From Clavelina lepadiformis (lineage: Eukaryota), in the NCBI RefSeq assembly GCF_947623445.1, contig NC_135244.1:13014860-13078859 (forward strand): a stretch of DNA of 64,000 nucleotides. Reading direction: 5' to 3'. The stretch's first letter is position 1, and each line of letters begins with the position of its first letter. The position numbers and the translations under genes are program-made. The notes beneath the pieces are model-generated. The model was given only the letters and a program-made list of their open reading frames with translations. It had not been told where the DNA came from and did not search any database. Positions 1 to 10,620 of the stretch are shown here, piece after piece.

Positions 1-445
1 TGCAAGGTAAAGGGAGTTTCCAAAGTATTGCAGCTAAATAAAACATGAATGAAATAGTTTTATGCAAAAGTGAAAAACGAATTAAAGAAGACCAGCCTAT
101 TATTAGCAGAATTCAAAAAACTGCTCTCAGTCAGAAATTTGAAAATGAGTTAGCTTGGAGTTAGTTGTTAGAAAGCATGTACGTGACTGCAATATACTCA
201 GCCAATTCATATATGATTTGCTAGGCACTGGATAAACTTGTTTATAAAAAAAATCTAGCTGAAGAAGGCAAACCTGACTGGTGCAGTGCGAAAGTCAGCT
301 ACAGCAAATCCTGTTATAATTTTTCATTTTTAAGAATGCGTCAATAAAATAAAAGAAGAGAAGAATTTCGGACCAGAGCAAAGTGGAACTGTGATGAGAG
401 TGATTTTTGAATTGATCCACAAAAATGCATAGTAGTGAGCGGTAC

Positions 446-565
446 TATGACACTTTATCGAACGACACTTTATCGAACGACAATTAATCGAACCGACAGA
501 TAATCGAACGACAGTTTATCGAACGACAGTTAATCGAACCGACAGTTGATCGAACGACAAACTTT
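446..565 (+). repeat. tandem array, ~15-16 bp unit (CAnTTnATCGAACGA) x ~8
   Basis: cactttatcgaacga / cactttatcgaacga / caattaatcgaaccga / cagataatcgaacga / cagtttatcgaacga / cagttaatcgaaccga / cagttgatcgaacga, read directly. Confidence 0.85.
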
Positions 566-1239
566 GACAATAGCTTCAAGCAAGATTTATGATATCACAC
601 TGATGAATTATATTATAGGTGTAACATCTTAAGCCTCAGTGTCATTTTAAGCCTCGGATCTTAATTGCGTGTTTCTCAAACATTGAGACAATAAGCCATT
701 GTGATGTGCGGTCTTTGTAATGGTGTGCATTAATGAATTGTGATGTATATATCATAAAGTTGACGATTTATATCTTATATCTCTATTTTATATTTGTATC
801 ATAAAGTTGACGATTTCGCATGGCGGCCGGCCCGCCATGCGAAATCGTCCGGCCCGAAACATATTAATAAGTTATCACAAGAATACGGACCGCCGTTTCT
901 TATTGAGTTTCAAACTGCAGTGTTAACACTGTTTGAAAAAATTGTGGTATTGTTACGCCACGCCCCCGCTGTGCGGAAAACCAGCTGACCGCGAGAAGAG
1001 AACGAAAGAGAATAGTTAGTCAAGTTATTGGTGCGTAAATGAGTAATATGCTTCAATGCGGAGAGAGAGCAAAATTATATAAATATCACAATATCTCAAA
1101 AATTACAAAATCCAACTTTATCAAACAAACATGGACAGATAGCTGAACATTTTTTATGAAAAGTCACCAAATTTCAATTTTCTACAGCAAACAATGCAAC
1201 TGTATGCCACGTTTTGCTATGACTGTGTGCGGGAGAAGC

Positions 1240-1320
1240 AACAGTCGATTCGATCAACTGTCGGTTCGATTACTTGTCGTTCGATCAGCTGTCGTTCGAT
1301 AAACTGTCTTTCGATTAAGT
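1240..1320 (-). repeat. inverted copy of the 446-565 tandem array
   Basis: tcgttcgataaactg etc. is the reverse complement of the cagtttatcgaacga units. Confidence 0.85.
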
Positions 1321-1364
1321 GTCGCGTCACGGTAGTGAGCATTCGTGGGTAAACGGCTTACAAA

Positions 1365-1800
1365 GTGACATGTGCTGCAGATCGTGACAACGCTAGCAGT
1401 TTGCATTGCAATAGGACACTTTTGCCAGAAAGAATCTTTAGAACAAATGCTTTGCCTGACACATTTTATGGCATCAGTAAAAATGGTTGGATGACCACAG
1501 AAATATTTTATGAATGGTTTATCAAGTGTTCTTGCCTGGTGAAAGACAGACCACTACTTATTTTCTGTGGCTATTTAACTCAATAGAAATGATACAAAAA
1601 GCAATAGCAGAAGATATTGCTCTAGTGAGCTTGCTGCCTCACATCACTGATAATTTGTAGCTTGCTTTGGGCCACTTAAAAGAGAGTGGGAGATTATGCT
1701 TAACATTTGGAGGACAAAGTCGTCAAAGCTGGGTTTCTGGCTACTGGAATATTTCCATTGGATCCTTTCAAACTTCTCAAACACTGATTTGACCCACTTC
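1365..1800 (+). pseudogene. pogo/Tigger-like DDE transposase C-terminal fragment, degraded
   Basis: Translation contains NGWMTTEIFYEWF and a KAGFLATGIFPLDP tail, typical of the pogo/Tigger DDE_1 C-terminus. The DDE third-residue block is degenerate (LLIFCGYLTQ). It is 5'-truncated with stops between fragments. Confidence 0.5.
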
Positions 1801-2679
1801 TTAAGAAAAGATATGATGCCTGGGTGAAAGACTACAAACCAGAAGAAAATTGGGAAGAAATCGCTCTTGCTATGTCAACACCAAAGAAACCTGCTTGTCC
1901 ATGTCAAGCTACTGCGCCAAAAAAAAAACAGACACCTCTCAGACCTATAGCCACTTCTTCTTCATCAACTTCTCGCTCTGTTTCTGCACATCCATCCACA
2001 TCGTTGTCAAATGTACCCAGATCCAGTGTCTGTGCTAACCTTGGTCCAAAGCCAGCGCCTGTTTTTGGTAAAGAATGGATCGTTACATGGGCACTTATCG
2101 ACAAGGTGCCATCGTTAAACCATCCTGTCTACCGAAGTTTTCAAGAAATTGTGCTTGACAAAATAAAGGGGCCTGAGAGCAAAAAATGCAGTTTTCGATT
2201 AAAAGTTAAATGCTTGAGAATCCCACTAGTTGAGTTTTTCCTAAGTTTCACACCCGTTAAAGGTTTGCTCACACCCCTGGATGGGAACCAATTTTACTGG
2301 TCAACAGAGTTTTTATGCCGGAGATGTTTTATCGATTTTGGGGTATGTTTAGGGCGCTGAATCCGAAAATATGGTTGCTTTTTCCCAATTCACTTTAGTT
2401 TTTGAAATATTTTCAAATTTTGGTTCAGAAATAGCGAAAAATGGTAAAAATTGCCAAAAATTTTGTGATGTATTCTCTTTTGCTTTTCTGTTGTATGTTC
2501 CAAGTACTAACCTGGCCTGAGGTTGTTGGACTTCTGAGGTCGGGTAACACTTACTGTATAAAAATTTTACTGTAATTCTATTAGCTATGATACCTGTCTC
2601 AAATTCATGCCAGTATTATGTTTACTGTACATATTGCTTTTACTCAATTTAAGCCTAATGTTATTTCATTACTGTGTAG

Positions 2680-2804
2680 GTAATCTGGGTCGTGTGGATT
2701 ACATCACAGAACATGAATATGATTTATTTATTCGACCTGATACTTGCAACCCAAGGTTTCGGGTGTGGTTTCACTTTACTGTAGAAAATGTTCGTCCGGA
2801 TCAG
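2680..2804 (+). CDS. AGBL4: AGBL4/CCP6-like cytosolic carboxypeptidase, N-domain exon (GNLGRVDYITEHEYDLFIRPDTCNPRFRVWFHFTVENVRPDQ)
   Basis: Acceptor tgtgtag|, donor CAG|gttatt. The translation matches the conserved CCP N-domain (FESGNL..EYDL..RFRVWF.F.VENV). Phase chain is consistent with the downstream exons. Confidence 0.8.
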
Positions 2805-5464
2805 GTTATTTATACTTCTGAGTTTCGACAGTATATTTAGTATACTCTATTTTGAATGTGTGTAAATTACAGTAGTTGGTCAGAAATTTAATTGCACATA
2901 AGATTTAAGGCAAAGTTTTTATATTTTTCAAAACTTTATTGCCCTAACTAGCTCACTGCAAACTTGTTTTAACTGACTTGCTTTAGAATATGTATTACTG
3001 TGGAACTTTGTTAAAAAACTAACATATTCACAACTGTACCTCGTAACAAAGTGCCACCGTAATGCTGCAGCATGTGTCTTCAAAAGAAGGCATGTATGTT
3101 TTGCTCACATGTGCCTACTTACTATTATCACCCTGTGCAGTGTTTTGATGTGTTATTGAGGACTGAAACGGTATCTCAAAACTTATGGCTCACTGCAACT
3201 ACAGCAGAAAATTACCAGTTTGTGTTTAAAAGTTGCCCTAATATAAATTAATGTTGTCAAAGTCAAACTTTAAAAAAATGTTATTCATATCCACTTAAAC
3301 AACATCTGGTCTACATTAGCAACTCTTTTATCCTCGAGAAGTAATTAGATGTTAAAATTGTACAAGAAGTTGGATATTTTCCATCAGCGATGGCTTTTTA
3401 GTATGTTGTAATTGAGCTACAGAAACCATGTAACAAATGAAAAAATCTTGTAAAGGACAAAGTCCAGACCATTTCACGAAATAGTTACAATCTTCGGCCT
3501 ATGATAGCAGGACACATCTTGCGATTACTTACTGTAAAAATGATCATGTAAAAATAGAAGTGACCTGGGTACTAGATGGGAAAGGAAAGGAGGCTGACCA
3601 CAGAATAATTAAAAAGAACCTTTAAAAGACACCTAAAACAGTTCAAGAAGAATTCGGTACCAGTGTTAATTGAGACAGTAGATAAAAATTATGAGGAAAA
3701 TGGGAGGCTCTTGAATTGTACCTTTATTACCTATGGTTTAAATTGTAAAAAATATGAAAACTCAACATAATCCATTTGTTTCAATCACTCCTATTAAACT
3801 ATGTTGCCCCAGTGAAGGTAAAAAGCTCTTGTTGTGTTTTTGGGTACATATTTTCTTCAGAAAAGGTTTTAGGACAACGTGAGCTCACAATAAACATAAG
3901 GGAGTTGAAAATAGTAAGATTGAAGATACTGTAAGCAGTTCTTACAGTATATATTATTTAAGCAAGGATATCTTTATCAACTTAGTTTATTTATAGTTAT
4001 CATGTTTTTACCAATGCTGCTAGATATTGTTGTATATGTTAACAACACTGGTATAGAAACGGTCATCATAACACTTGCTTACTATTAGTTTGTTGAGTAA
4101 GTTTTGATAACCAACCAAAGGTACATAATTATCTCACATACCATATTGTGTTGCCTCAAGGTTATCAACTTATCTCACCTTGACAAATAGTTTGCACTAT
4201 AGAGTGATGAATATTTATTTCACATGAAAGTGATTCATTGGTGTACTATGTCAAAACACACAATGGCATAAATTAGCCGTCTAACTAACACTTGAAAGCT
4301 GTTAAAAGAGGCAAAAACCTGTCATTTATACAGGTTGGGTTTAAAATTGAATATTCGAGCAGTTACAGTGACAATTAAATGATGCTAATTTTCAAATCGA
4401 GTTTGAAATACTTTGAATGGTATTGGAGTTAATAGTTGTTTTTCAACTTTGTCATTCTTGTGGACTGGTAAAAGTTGAAGAGATGCTTTGTAAATACTGA
4501 TAGTATAGAAATGTGATTAACTCATTATTATAAATTGAATAAATTAAAAGAATTGAGTGAATCCACATGTGCAACAACAATCATTTTGGTAAGAAATTTT
4601 CAAAGTTTCTTGTCTGTGGCCCAATAAGATCTTTTGATTATGTAATAATATCTTCTCATTGCAATATTAAAAAACAAAACCAGAGAAGAGAAAAAAGTGA
4701 GAGAGAGGGAGGGAGTAGAGTATGGTAGCTTTTGAGATAAAATGAATGGGTGTTAAATATAAGTAAACAAAATGAATTGTCATTTGTCAAATTGAATGAA
4801 ATGAGCTAAGTAGCAGAAAGTCTTATTGGATTTACAAAATTTTAAATTTCTGCAAATAAATATATCGCAACCTTCCGATGCTATCACTCTTTCCATATCT
4901 ATTTTATATTATCTAATTGTAAGCTCTTGCGGAAAATTGAAGTTTTGGCATTTAATTTAATCAATATAAACCAATAATAATACAAAGGTTGGTAGTTTTG
5001 TGTCTAGCAAAGAAAAGTTTTTAATTCAGACAGAATTTTTTTTCAGAGAATCTTATGTTTTGCTGTAAAAGGCATCATCAGTTTCTGAGCAGAAAGCAAG
5101 CAATAACCCAACTCAAAGTAACATGAAAAACCTGTGCAATAATAATTCCAGCGATTCGAAATAATTTCATTAGCCATATAATGTTTAAATATAAATAATC
5201 TACAACGTACGACGCCTGTATTACTGGTATGTAGTAATCATACATTACCCAATAAATAAAAGACTTACATGAACTAAAACTGGGAAAACGTAAAATATCT
5301 TGTTCTGTATAGAAAGTAAAACACTGAAAAGGTTAAAAAAGTTGTTGCTGGTAAAAAGAACCTTCAAAACAAGAAAAAATTATTTTTATGCAGTTACACT
5401 TAAAAGGTCTGGTTAAACTTTATTTTAAAAATTCATTCAGTGCATTATATTGTGAATTTTACAG

Positions 5465-5559
5465 CGAGTTATTTTCAACGTTGTCAACTTCAGTAAAACA
5501 AAAAGCTTGTACAGAGAAGGAATGTCTCCGGTTGTGAAATCAACTAGTCGTCCCAAATG
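5465..5559 (+). CDS. AGBL4: AGBL4-like exon (RVIFNVVNFSKTKSLYREGMSPVVKSTSRPK-W)
   Basis: Acceptor ttttacag|, donor TG|gtaaac. Near-identical to the CCP6 motif RVIFNIVNFSKTKSLYRDGM..VKSTSRPKW. Confidence 0.8.
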
Positions 5560-5642
5560 GTAAACAAAAGATAAAAAAATTTTATCGCTAAATAAATAAA
5601 AAGGTAGTGTACACTCAGAATAATCATTATTTAATGCTGCAG

Positions 5643-5865
5643 GCAGCGAATCCCATCAAAAACTGTCTACTACTATAGATGCCCAGATCACAGAAAGAAT
5701 TATGTCATGTCTTTTGCATTTTGTTTTGATCGAGCTGATGAGAATGAAGTGTATCATTTTGCATATTCATACCCTTACACATATACAAGGCTTCAAGGAT
5801 ATTTGGATAGATTGGAAAAGAAGCAGTTACCTTATTTAGATCGACACCTTCTTACACTGACCGTG
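5643..5865 (+). CDS. AGBL4: AGBL4-like exon (W-QRIPSKTVYYYRCPDHRKNYVMSFAFCFDRADENEVYHFAYSYPYTYTRLQGYL...)
   Basis: Acceptor ctgcag|, donor GTG|gtaaga. Contains RCPDHRKNYVMSFAFCFD and FAYSYPYTYT, hallmarks of the CCP family. Confidence 0.85.
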
Positions 5866-6256
5866 GTAAGATGTGAATCTAGGGCAGGGGTGTTCAAATG
5901 ATTTCTGCCATGATCCACCACAACCAAACCTGACAACGTGGTGATCCACTAAATACGAATAGTAAACATATTGGACATGCTTTAATTTTAATGGTGCTTT
6001 ATTTATGTAAATGTACCCTACATTGTAGGGCCTACAACATATTTATAACTTTGTAAAAGTCCAAAGTGAAGTGTGCTATAGCTGCAACATTGTTTCAAGA
6101 CTACATTGGAAGATCCAGACAAAAAGTTGAAAAATCCGGATCGAGATCCGCCATTTGAACACCCCCGATCTAGGGTATTGTTGTGATTGGCAACTTCCAC
6201 CCATTTTGTTTTGGAACACTCTGTATAGGTGACTTTCATTGTACTCTGTTTTGTAG

Positions 6257-6386
6257 CAACAAAGAAGGCTTGATCTTTTAACCATAACATCACCTGAAAA
6301 TTTGAAAGAAGATGCAAAACATAATGTAGTTTTTCTTACTGGAAGGGTTCATCCTGGGGAATCACCTTCTTCACATATAGTTCAAG
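6257..6386 (+). CDS. AGBL4: AGBL4-like exon (QQRRLDLLTITSPENL...FLTGRVHPGESPSSHIVQG)
   Basis: Acceptor ttttgtag|, donor CAAG|gtatcc. Contains the zinc-ligand motif HPGE of M14 carboxypeptidases. Confidence 0.85.
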
Positions 6387-6880
6387 GTATCCCATGCAAA
6401 GTACCATACTTAAAGTACTCATCTTATTACTCATATCTGTACTCATATTCTCTTTATACCTTGCTTTTACTATAATTTACTGCACATTTCTATTGTGGTA
6501 GAGTTGCAAAGTTTGTAATACTTGGAATGAATTTTGCAAAGAAAGTCAATATATGGTATTGGCACATGTTCCTATAAAAATAACTTTTGTTAGAAGCGAC
6601 CATTTGTATCTCGCTACATACAAAAACTGAAGCACATTAAATGCAAACCACACTGCTATTCAGAATGCAGTATGCTACATGTTTACTTAGGTTGCTCCAA
6701 GTCACGTCCACATGTGAAGTGATGAAAGAATAAGACGTTGTTGCAAATTCATCATTTGTTAAATTTTTTAGAAGCAAAATTTCACTTTGCATGCCTCAAT
6801 AACTTTAACAAATGTTTGTAATAGCTAAATGGCATGATAAAGTTTTGATTTTTATGTTTATAAATAAGACATACTTTGTA

Positions 6881-6995
6881 GGGTTTATCGACTTCCTATT
6901 AAGTAATCATCCTATGGCATGTGTTTTACGAGACAACATAATTTTTAAAGTCGTTCCTATGCTTAACCCTGATGGCGTGTATTTGGGGAACTACA
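6881..6995 (+). CDS. AGBL4: AGBL4-like exon (GFIDFLLSNHPMACVLRDNIIFKVVPMLNPDGVYLGNYR)
   Basis: Acceptor ctttgtag|, donor AG|gttaga. Contains the PMLNPDGV..GNYR motif. Confidence 0.85.
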
Positions 6996-7214
6996 GGTTA
7001 GAAATGGATTAGCACTACATTTTCATCAGCAAAGTTGTTGAAAAAGTTCTGGTTTAATTGTTTGATGTTATTGCATTATGGTTGCATAATTTTACTTTTC
7101 TTGTAGCAGACTATGATTTCTTTCTAAACAAAAGTTAACAATATATGGCAATTCAGCACCATTTCTATGTCTTTTAATTTAAGTAATTAATTTTGTCAAT
7201 AAAACATACTGCAG

Positions 7215-7326
7215 GTGCTCTTTAATGGGATTCGATCTAAATCGCCATTGGCAAGATCCATCTCCCTGGGCTCATCCTACACTCCATGCTAGTAAACAGT
7301 ACCTCATGAATTTACATTCTAACATG
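7215..7326 (+). CDS. AGBL4: AGBL4-like exon (RCSLMGFDLNRHWQDPSPWAHPTLHASKQYLMNLHSNM)
   Basis: Acceptor tactgcag|, donor ATG|gtacaa. Contains GxDLNRxW. Confidence 0.8.
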
Positions 7327-7459
7327 GTACAAAAGATCATTTGTAAACAAAATGCACTTGACTAAAGATTGACAGTATCCTGGATAATGCCATGATTGAA
7401 TTATTTTATTGCCAGTGTATTACCGTATTATGGCAAATTGAACTCTGCATTATATGTAG

Positions 7460-7665
7460 AATATGGACATAGATTTCTACATTGACGTACATGCACATTC
7501 TACCCTAAGCAATTGCTTTATGTATGGAAACATATACGATGATGAGGATAGGTTTCAAAGGCAAGCAGTATTTCCAAGATTGATGTGCAGCAATGCAGAG
7601 GATTTTAGTTTTGCAAACACTGCTTTTAATCGGGATGTTGTGAAGGCTGGCACAGGGCGAAGGTA
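7460..7665 (+). CDS. AGBL4: AGBL4-like exon (NMDIDFYIDVHAHSTLSNCFMYGN...RFQRQAVFPRLMCSNAEDFSF..VKAGTGRR)
   Basis: Acceptor tatatgtag|, donor AG|gtaaga. Contains the second zinc-ligand His (DVHAHS) and the VKAGTGRR motif. Confidence 0.85.
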
Positions 7666-7939
7666 AGACTACTACAAAGCCAGGTTATTGATTTATTTTG
7701 TGGTGTTTTTTGGCATTGTACAATGCTTCTTAAACTTAAAGTATCTTTAGATTCTTTACCTTAACTATTTAAGGGATTTTTCATGTGTACTAGCAGCCTT
7801 TTTCAGAAACGCTTAGTTTACAAGTCAGCATATTAATTGATTTAAACTTGAAGTAAGTGTTTCTGTACTAAGTGTAAACTAACTGAGTGTAAACAAACTT
7901 TTAGTAAAAAATTTTGCCAGTAAAATGTTATTTTGTTAG

Positions 7940-8052
7940 ATTTCTGGGTGGAATTCTAGATGAAAGTTCATACTGCTATACCCTTGAAGTTTCCTTTTAC
8001 AATTTTTTTAATGGGCTGTCACCGAATCCTATACCTTACACTGAGGAAACGT
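7940..8052 (+). CDS. AGBL4: AGBL4-like exon (R-FLGGILDESSYCYTLEVSFYNFFNGLSPNPIPYTEET)
   Basis: Acceptor tttgttag|, donor T|gtatgt. SYCYTLEVSF carries the catalytic Glu context of CCPs. Confidence 0.75.
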
Positions 8053-8135
8053 GTATGTTGTTTGAACTGTGTTTTTGATCCTGTACAAAGCAGACCTCTG
8101 ACAGGTTTAAAGAGTTTTTTTTACAAAATTTGCAG

Positions 8136-8235
8136 ATATGAGAGTTGGTCGAAATCTAGCCAAAACCTTTATGGATTATTACAAACTTGGATCACAGCTT
8201 GCTCCAAAACCTACAGGATCTTCTAATCCAGCCAG
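8136..8235 (+). CDS. AGBL4: AGBL4-like exon (Y-MRVGRNLAKTFMDYYKLGSQLAPKPTGSSNPA)
   Basis: Acceptor aatttgcag|, donor AG|gtgtgt. Matches the CCP6 motif YMKLGRNVARTFLDYYRLN. Confidence 0.8.
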
Positions 8236-9621
8236 GTGTGTTTTTATGGTAGGATAACAGTTTACTAGGAACTGCCATTATAGTGGTAATGTTAAAACCG
8301 ATTGGGTTGTTTAAAATAAATTGGGAAAAGCTGAAGTTATATCTACTTAATTAACTATGCATAGTAATATTGTAAAAAAACACGACTGCATTAATATGTG
8401 AAAATATAATCTTCCATTAAAATATTAGGACCGACAAACTGGAGGGTACAAAGCCTTCATTTGATTTCATATTATGTAGGTCATTGTAGTTCTGTTATGA
8501 GGCTTTTGCTTATAAAAGAAAACAATATTTTTTACGAATAATCACAGATGAATAAGCGGAGTCTGTACTGCTGCTTATCCTACGGTTTTGTTTATTTTCC
8601 TTTGCAATAATGTACTAAGCAGGCGCAATCGTTTAGGAAATCAAATCATATGACAATAAGTTGAACTTACAAACGACTAAAAATCATGCTCATGCTTTTT
8701 GAACTCTTGCAAATAGAAATATGATGCCCATTAATTATGCTATCGAATTTATGGCTATCCCTACCGATTATAGGCTCCCTGGACACTTTTCAGACAAACA
8801 GTTCTTTTTCATGAAAGCCGACTTGCAGACGGCTGGGAGAGCTTTCTTGACAGTAGTCAGAACCTAAAGTGAGAGTGAAACTCACCTTGACTCCTTACGA
8901 GGTTGCATGTCTTTCATGGTAGCACTCCCGAAAAAATCGATTCGGCCAGCACTTAACAGAATAAAACTGTATTGAACCGGTAACCTGAGAAAGAAATGTA
9001 GAGCTGAGTGTATATAAAGCAAAGCAATCAACGTGAAATTAACTAAGGAATGTAAAAAATTTTGTCAAATAAAGTTGTCCGATGGTGCCAGCCGCCACAG
9101 TTTTATTGAAGACTCGCTAATGCAAACACCTGAAAAATCATAATTGAAAGGGACGGATATGTTTATTGAGTTTGCTATTTCGATTTTTAGCAGTAAACCT
9201 CCACCATTGTGTGATGTTAAGCAACCCAAGATTTGTTTATGCAGCCCATATTTTGGTATTGAATGATGTCGTGAGTAATAGAGAAATTACGCTAATGTTT
9301 GTTTGTCCCAACCGTACAGTTTTGCAATTTTCTCCCTTCAACTTAGAAGAATGGATGTAATTAATTCATGTCAATTTTTTAATATGTTATCGAAGGTGCT
9401 ACATGAGGCTTTTGAACATTCTTGCTCAAACTTAGCTTGTGGTTGACTTCGTATGTCGGTTTCATTTGCGTTGATTTACAGTGTATAAGAATATACGATA
9501 ATGTCCGTCATCTGCCATTACATATCAAGAATACTATACGGATAGGTTATTATTATATATATAGCCTGCCTTTTATGCACTTCAACAAATTTATAAATAT
9601 ACAAGGAAATCCTTCATTCAG

Positions 9622-9757
9622 ATCTAAAGAAAAGAATCTGCTGTCGAAGAAAAAACCGACTCGCGTATCTGGAAGTTCTTCCTCAAGCAACGGTGGTTCC
9701 AGGAATACTATCCTATCACCGGTTCCGAAACTTCGACAAGTGGATTATTTTACATGA
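9622..9757 (+). CDS. AGBL4: candidate terminal exon of the AGBL4-like gene (basic/Ser-rich tail, stop TGA 9755-9757)
   Basis: Strong polypyrimidine acceptor ccttcattcag| at 9611-9621. Phase-compatible with the exon ending 8235 (AG+A=Arg). Low-complexity K/S-rich tail like the vertebrate CCP6 C-terminus. No conserved motif to confirm. Confidence 0.35.
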
Positions 9758-10029
9758 TAGCTTTAGATATTCTGTGTAGACCCTGATCAGCCTTTCCGAA
9801 CGCTGCATTTCTTTTGCAGTTGTTCATAACTATCACTGTGTGACCCGAAAAAGAGCTATTGTTATGTACACGAATGGTTTCATTAAAAGCATATATTCAT
9901 TTTTGGTATTCTTGTATTATTTCTCAGTTATTGCCTGTCTTGACGTTAGGAATTATTTCTTTTAAGTATAGCTTGTGGCAATTCTACGTCACAGGTTGAT
10001 TAGTACTAGGTAGAACGTTAAGACGATGA

Positions 10030-10620
10030 ACCTTCCATTTGCTGGTTAGGAGTAACCTGTTTCTGGACTGGTATCGGTGGTCATCTGGCCGGCGTTCCAC
10101 CGTATTGCCTTCCATTATCGTTGCCTCTCCTCCTTGGCCGAAATGGTGGTTCATACCCTAGCTAACCGCGCTGGGTGAAGTTGTATCGTCGCAGCAGCGT
10201 TAATCGTAGTAAAGAGCACCCTTTTCCGAAAACCTCGAGCAGACTTCCAGAAAGCAACGGTCTCAGGTAGGTGTGTGTTTCCGCCATTGCGCTACACCGG
10301 CAAGCAATTGATAAAGGCAGGTAATTCAGGACACTTCTCGTGCAAGTGGACGGCTGGATCATTTTCTTTAATGCAACTCACTGTTTGTCCTTGTGCTTCA
10401 ATCTTTTTCTCTTCTTGTCAGGAGCTCGCGTTCTGCTCTTCAGCTTCCCTTTCCTTACGAAGGCCTTCTTGGCACGGCCTTCTGTCTTATCAACTTTAAT
10501 TTAAATTGGACTTCACGTTTGGCCTGCTGCGCAAACCATCGTTTCCCACTCGCTTCAACCAACTTCGCTATTCCTCCATTAAAGACGTAGTCGTTTGTTT
10601 AACGTCTAACCCATCTGATT
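10030..10620. other. GC/CpG-rich island in an AT-rich background (possible promoter or unannotated exon)
   Basis: Local GC is clearly elevated with many CG dinucleotides (ggccggcg, ccgcgctgg, gcgcaaacc), unlike the flanks. Confidence 0.4.

Larger units (their letters stand above)
441..1331. mobile_element. MULE-like non-autonomous DNA transposon: inverted subterminal tandem-repeat arrays, 9-bp TSD
   Basis: Direct repeat GTAGTGAGC at 432-440 and 1332-1340 flanks the unit. Termini GGTACTATGACACTT (441) and CGTGACGCGACACTT (rc of 1317-1331) share ...GACACTT. Subterminal arrays 446-565 and 1240-1320 are reverse complements. An internal ~120 bp (1127-1250) recurs inside the MITE at 40335-40460. 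Confidence 0.4.

Noticed and set aside
446-1320. Regularly spaced short repeats that could superficially suggest a CRISPR array
   Set aside because: The units are contiguous 15-16 bp tandem copies with no unique spacers. Two arrays are inverted around 675 bp of unique DNA. The context is eukaryotic with spliced genes, so this is transposon subterminal repeats, not CRISPR.
1824-2360. 178-aa ORF (MKDYKPEENWEEIALAMSTPKKPACPCQ...)
   Set aside because: It is Ser/Pro/Lys-rich and low-complexity with no recognisable domain, and continues the decayed pogo element. It is likely degenerate transposon tail, not a host gene.
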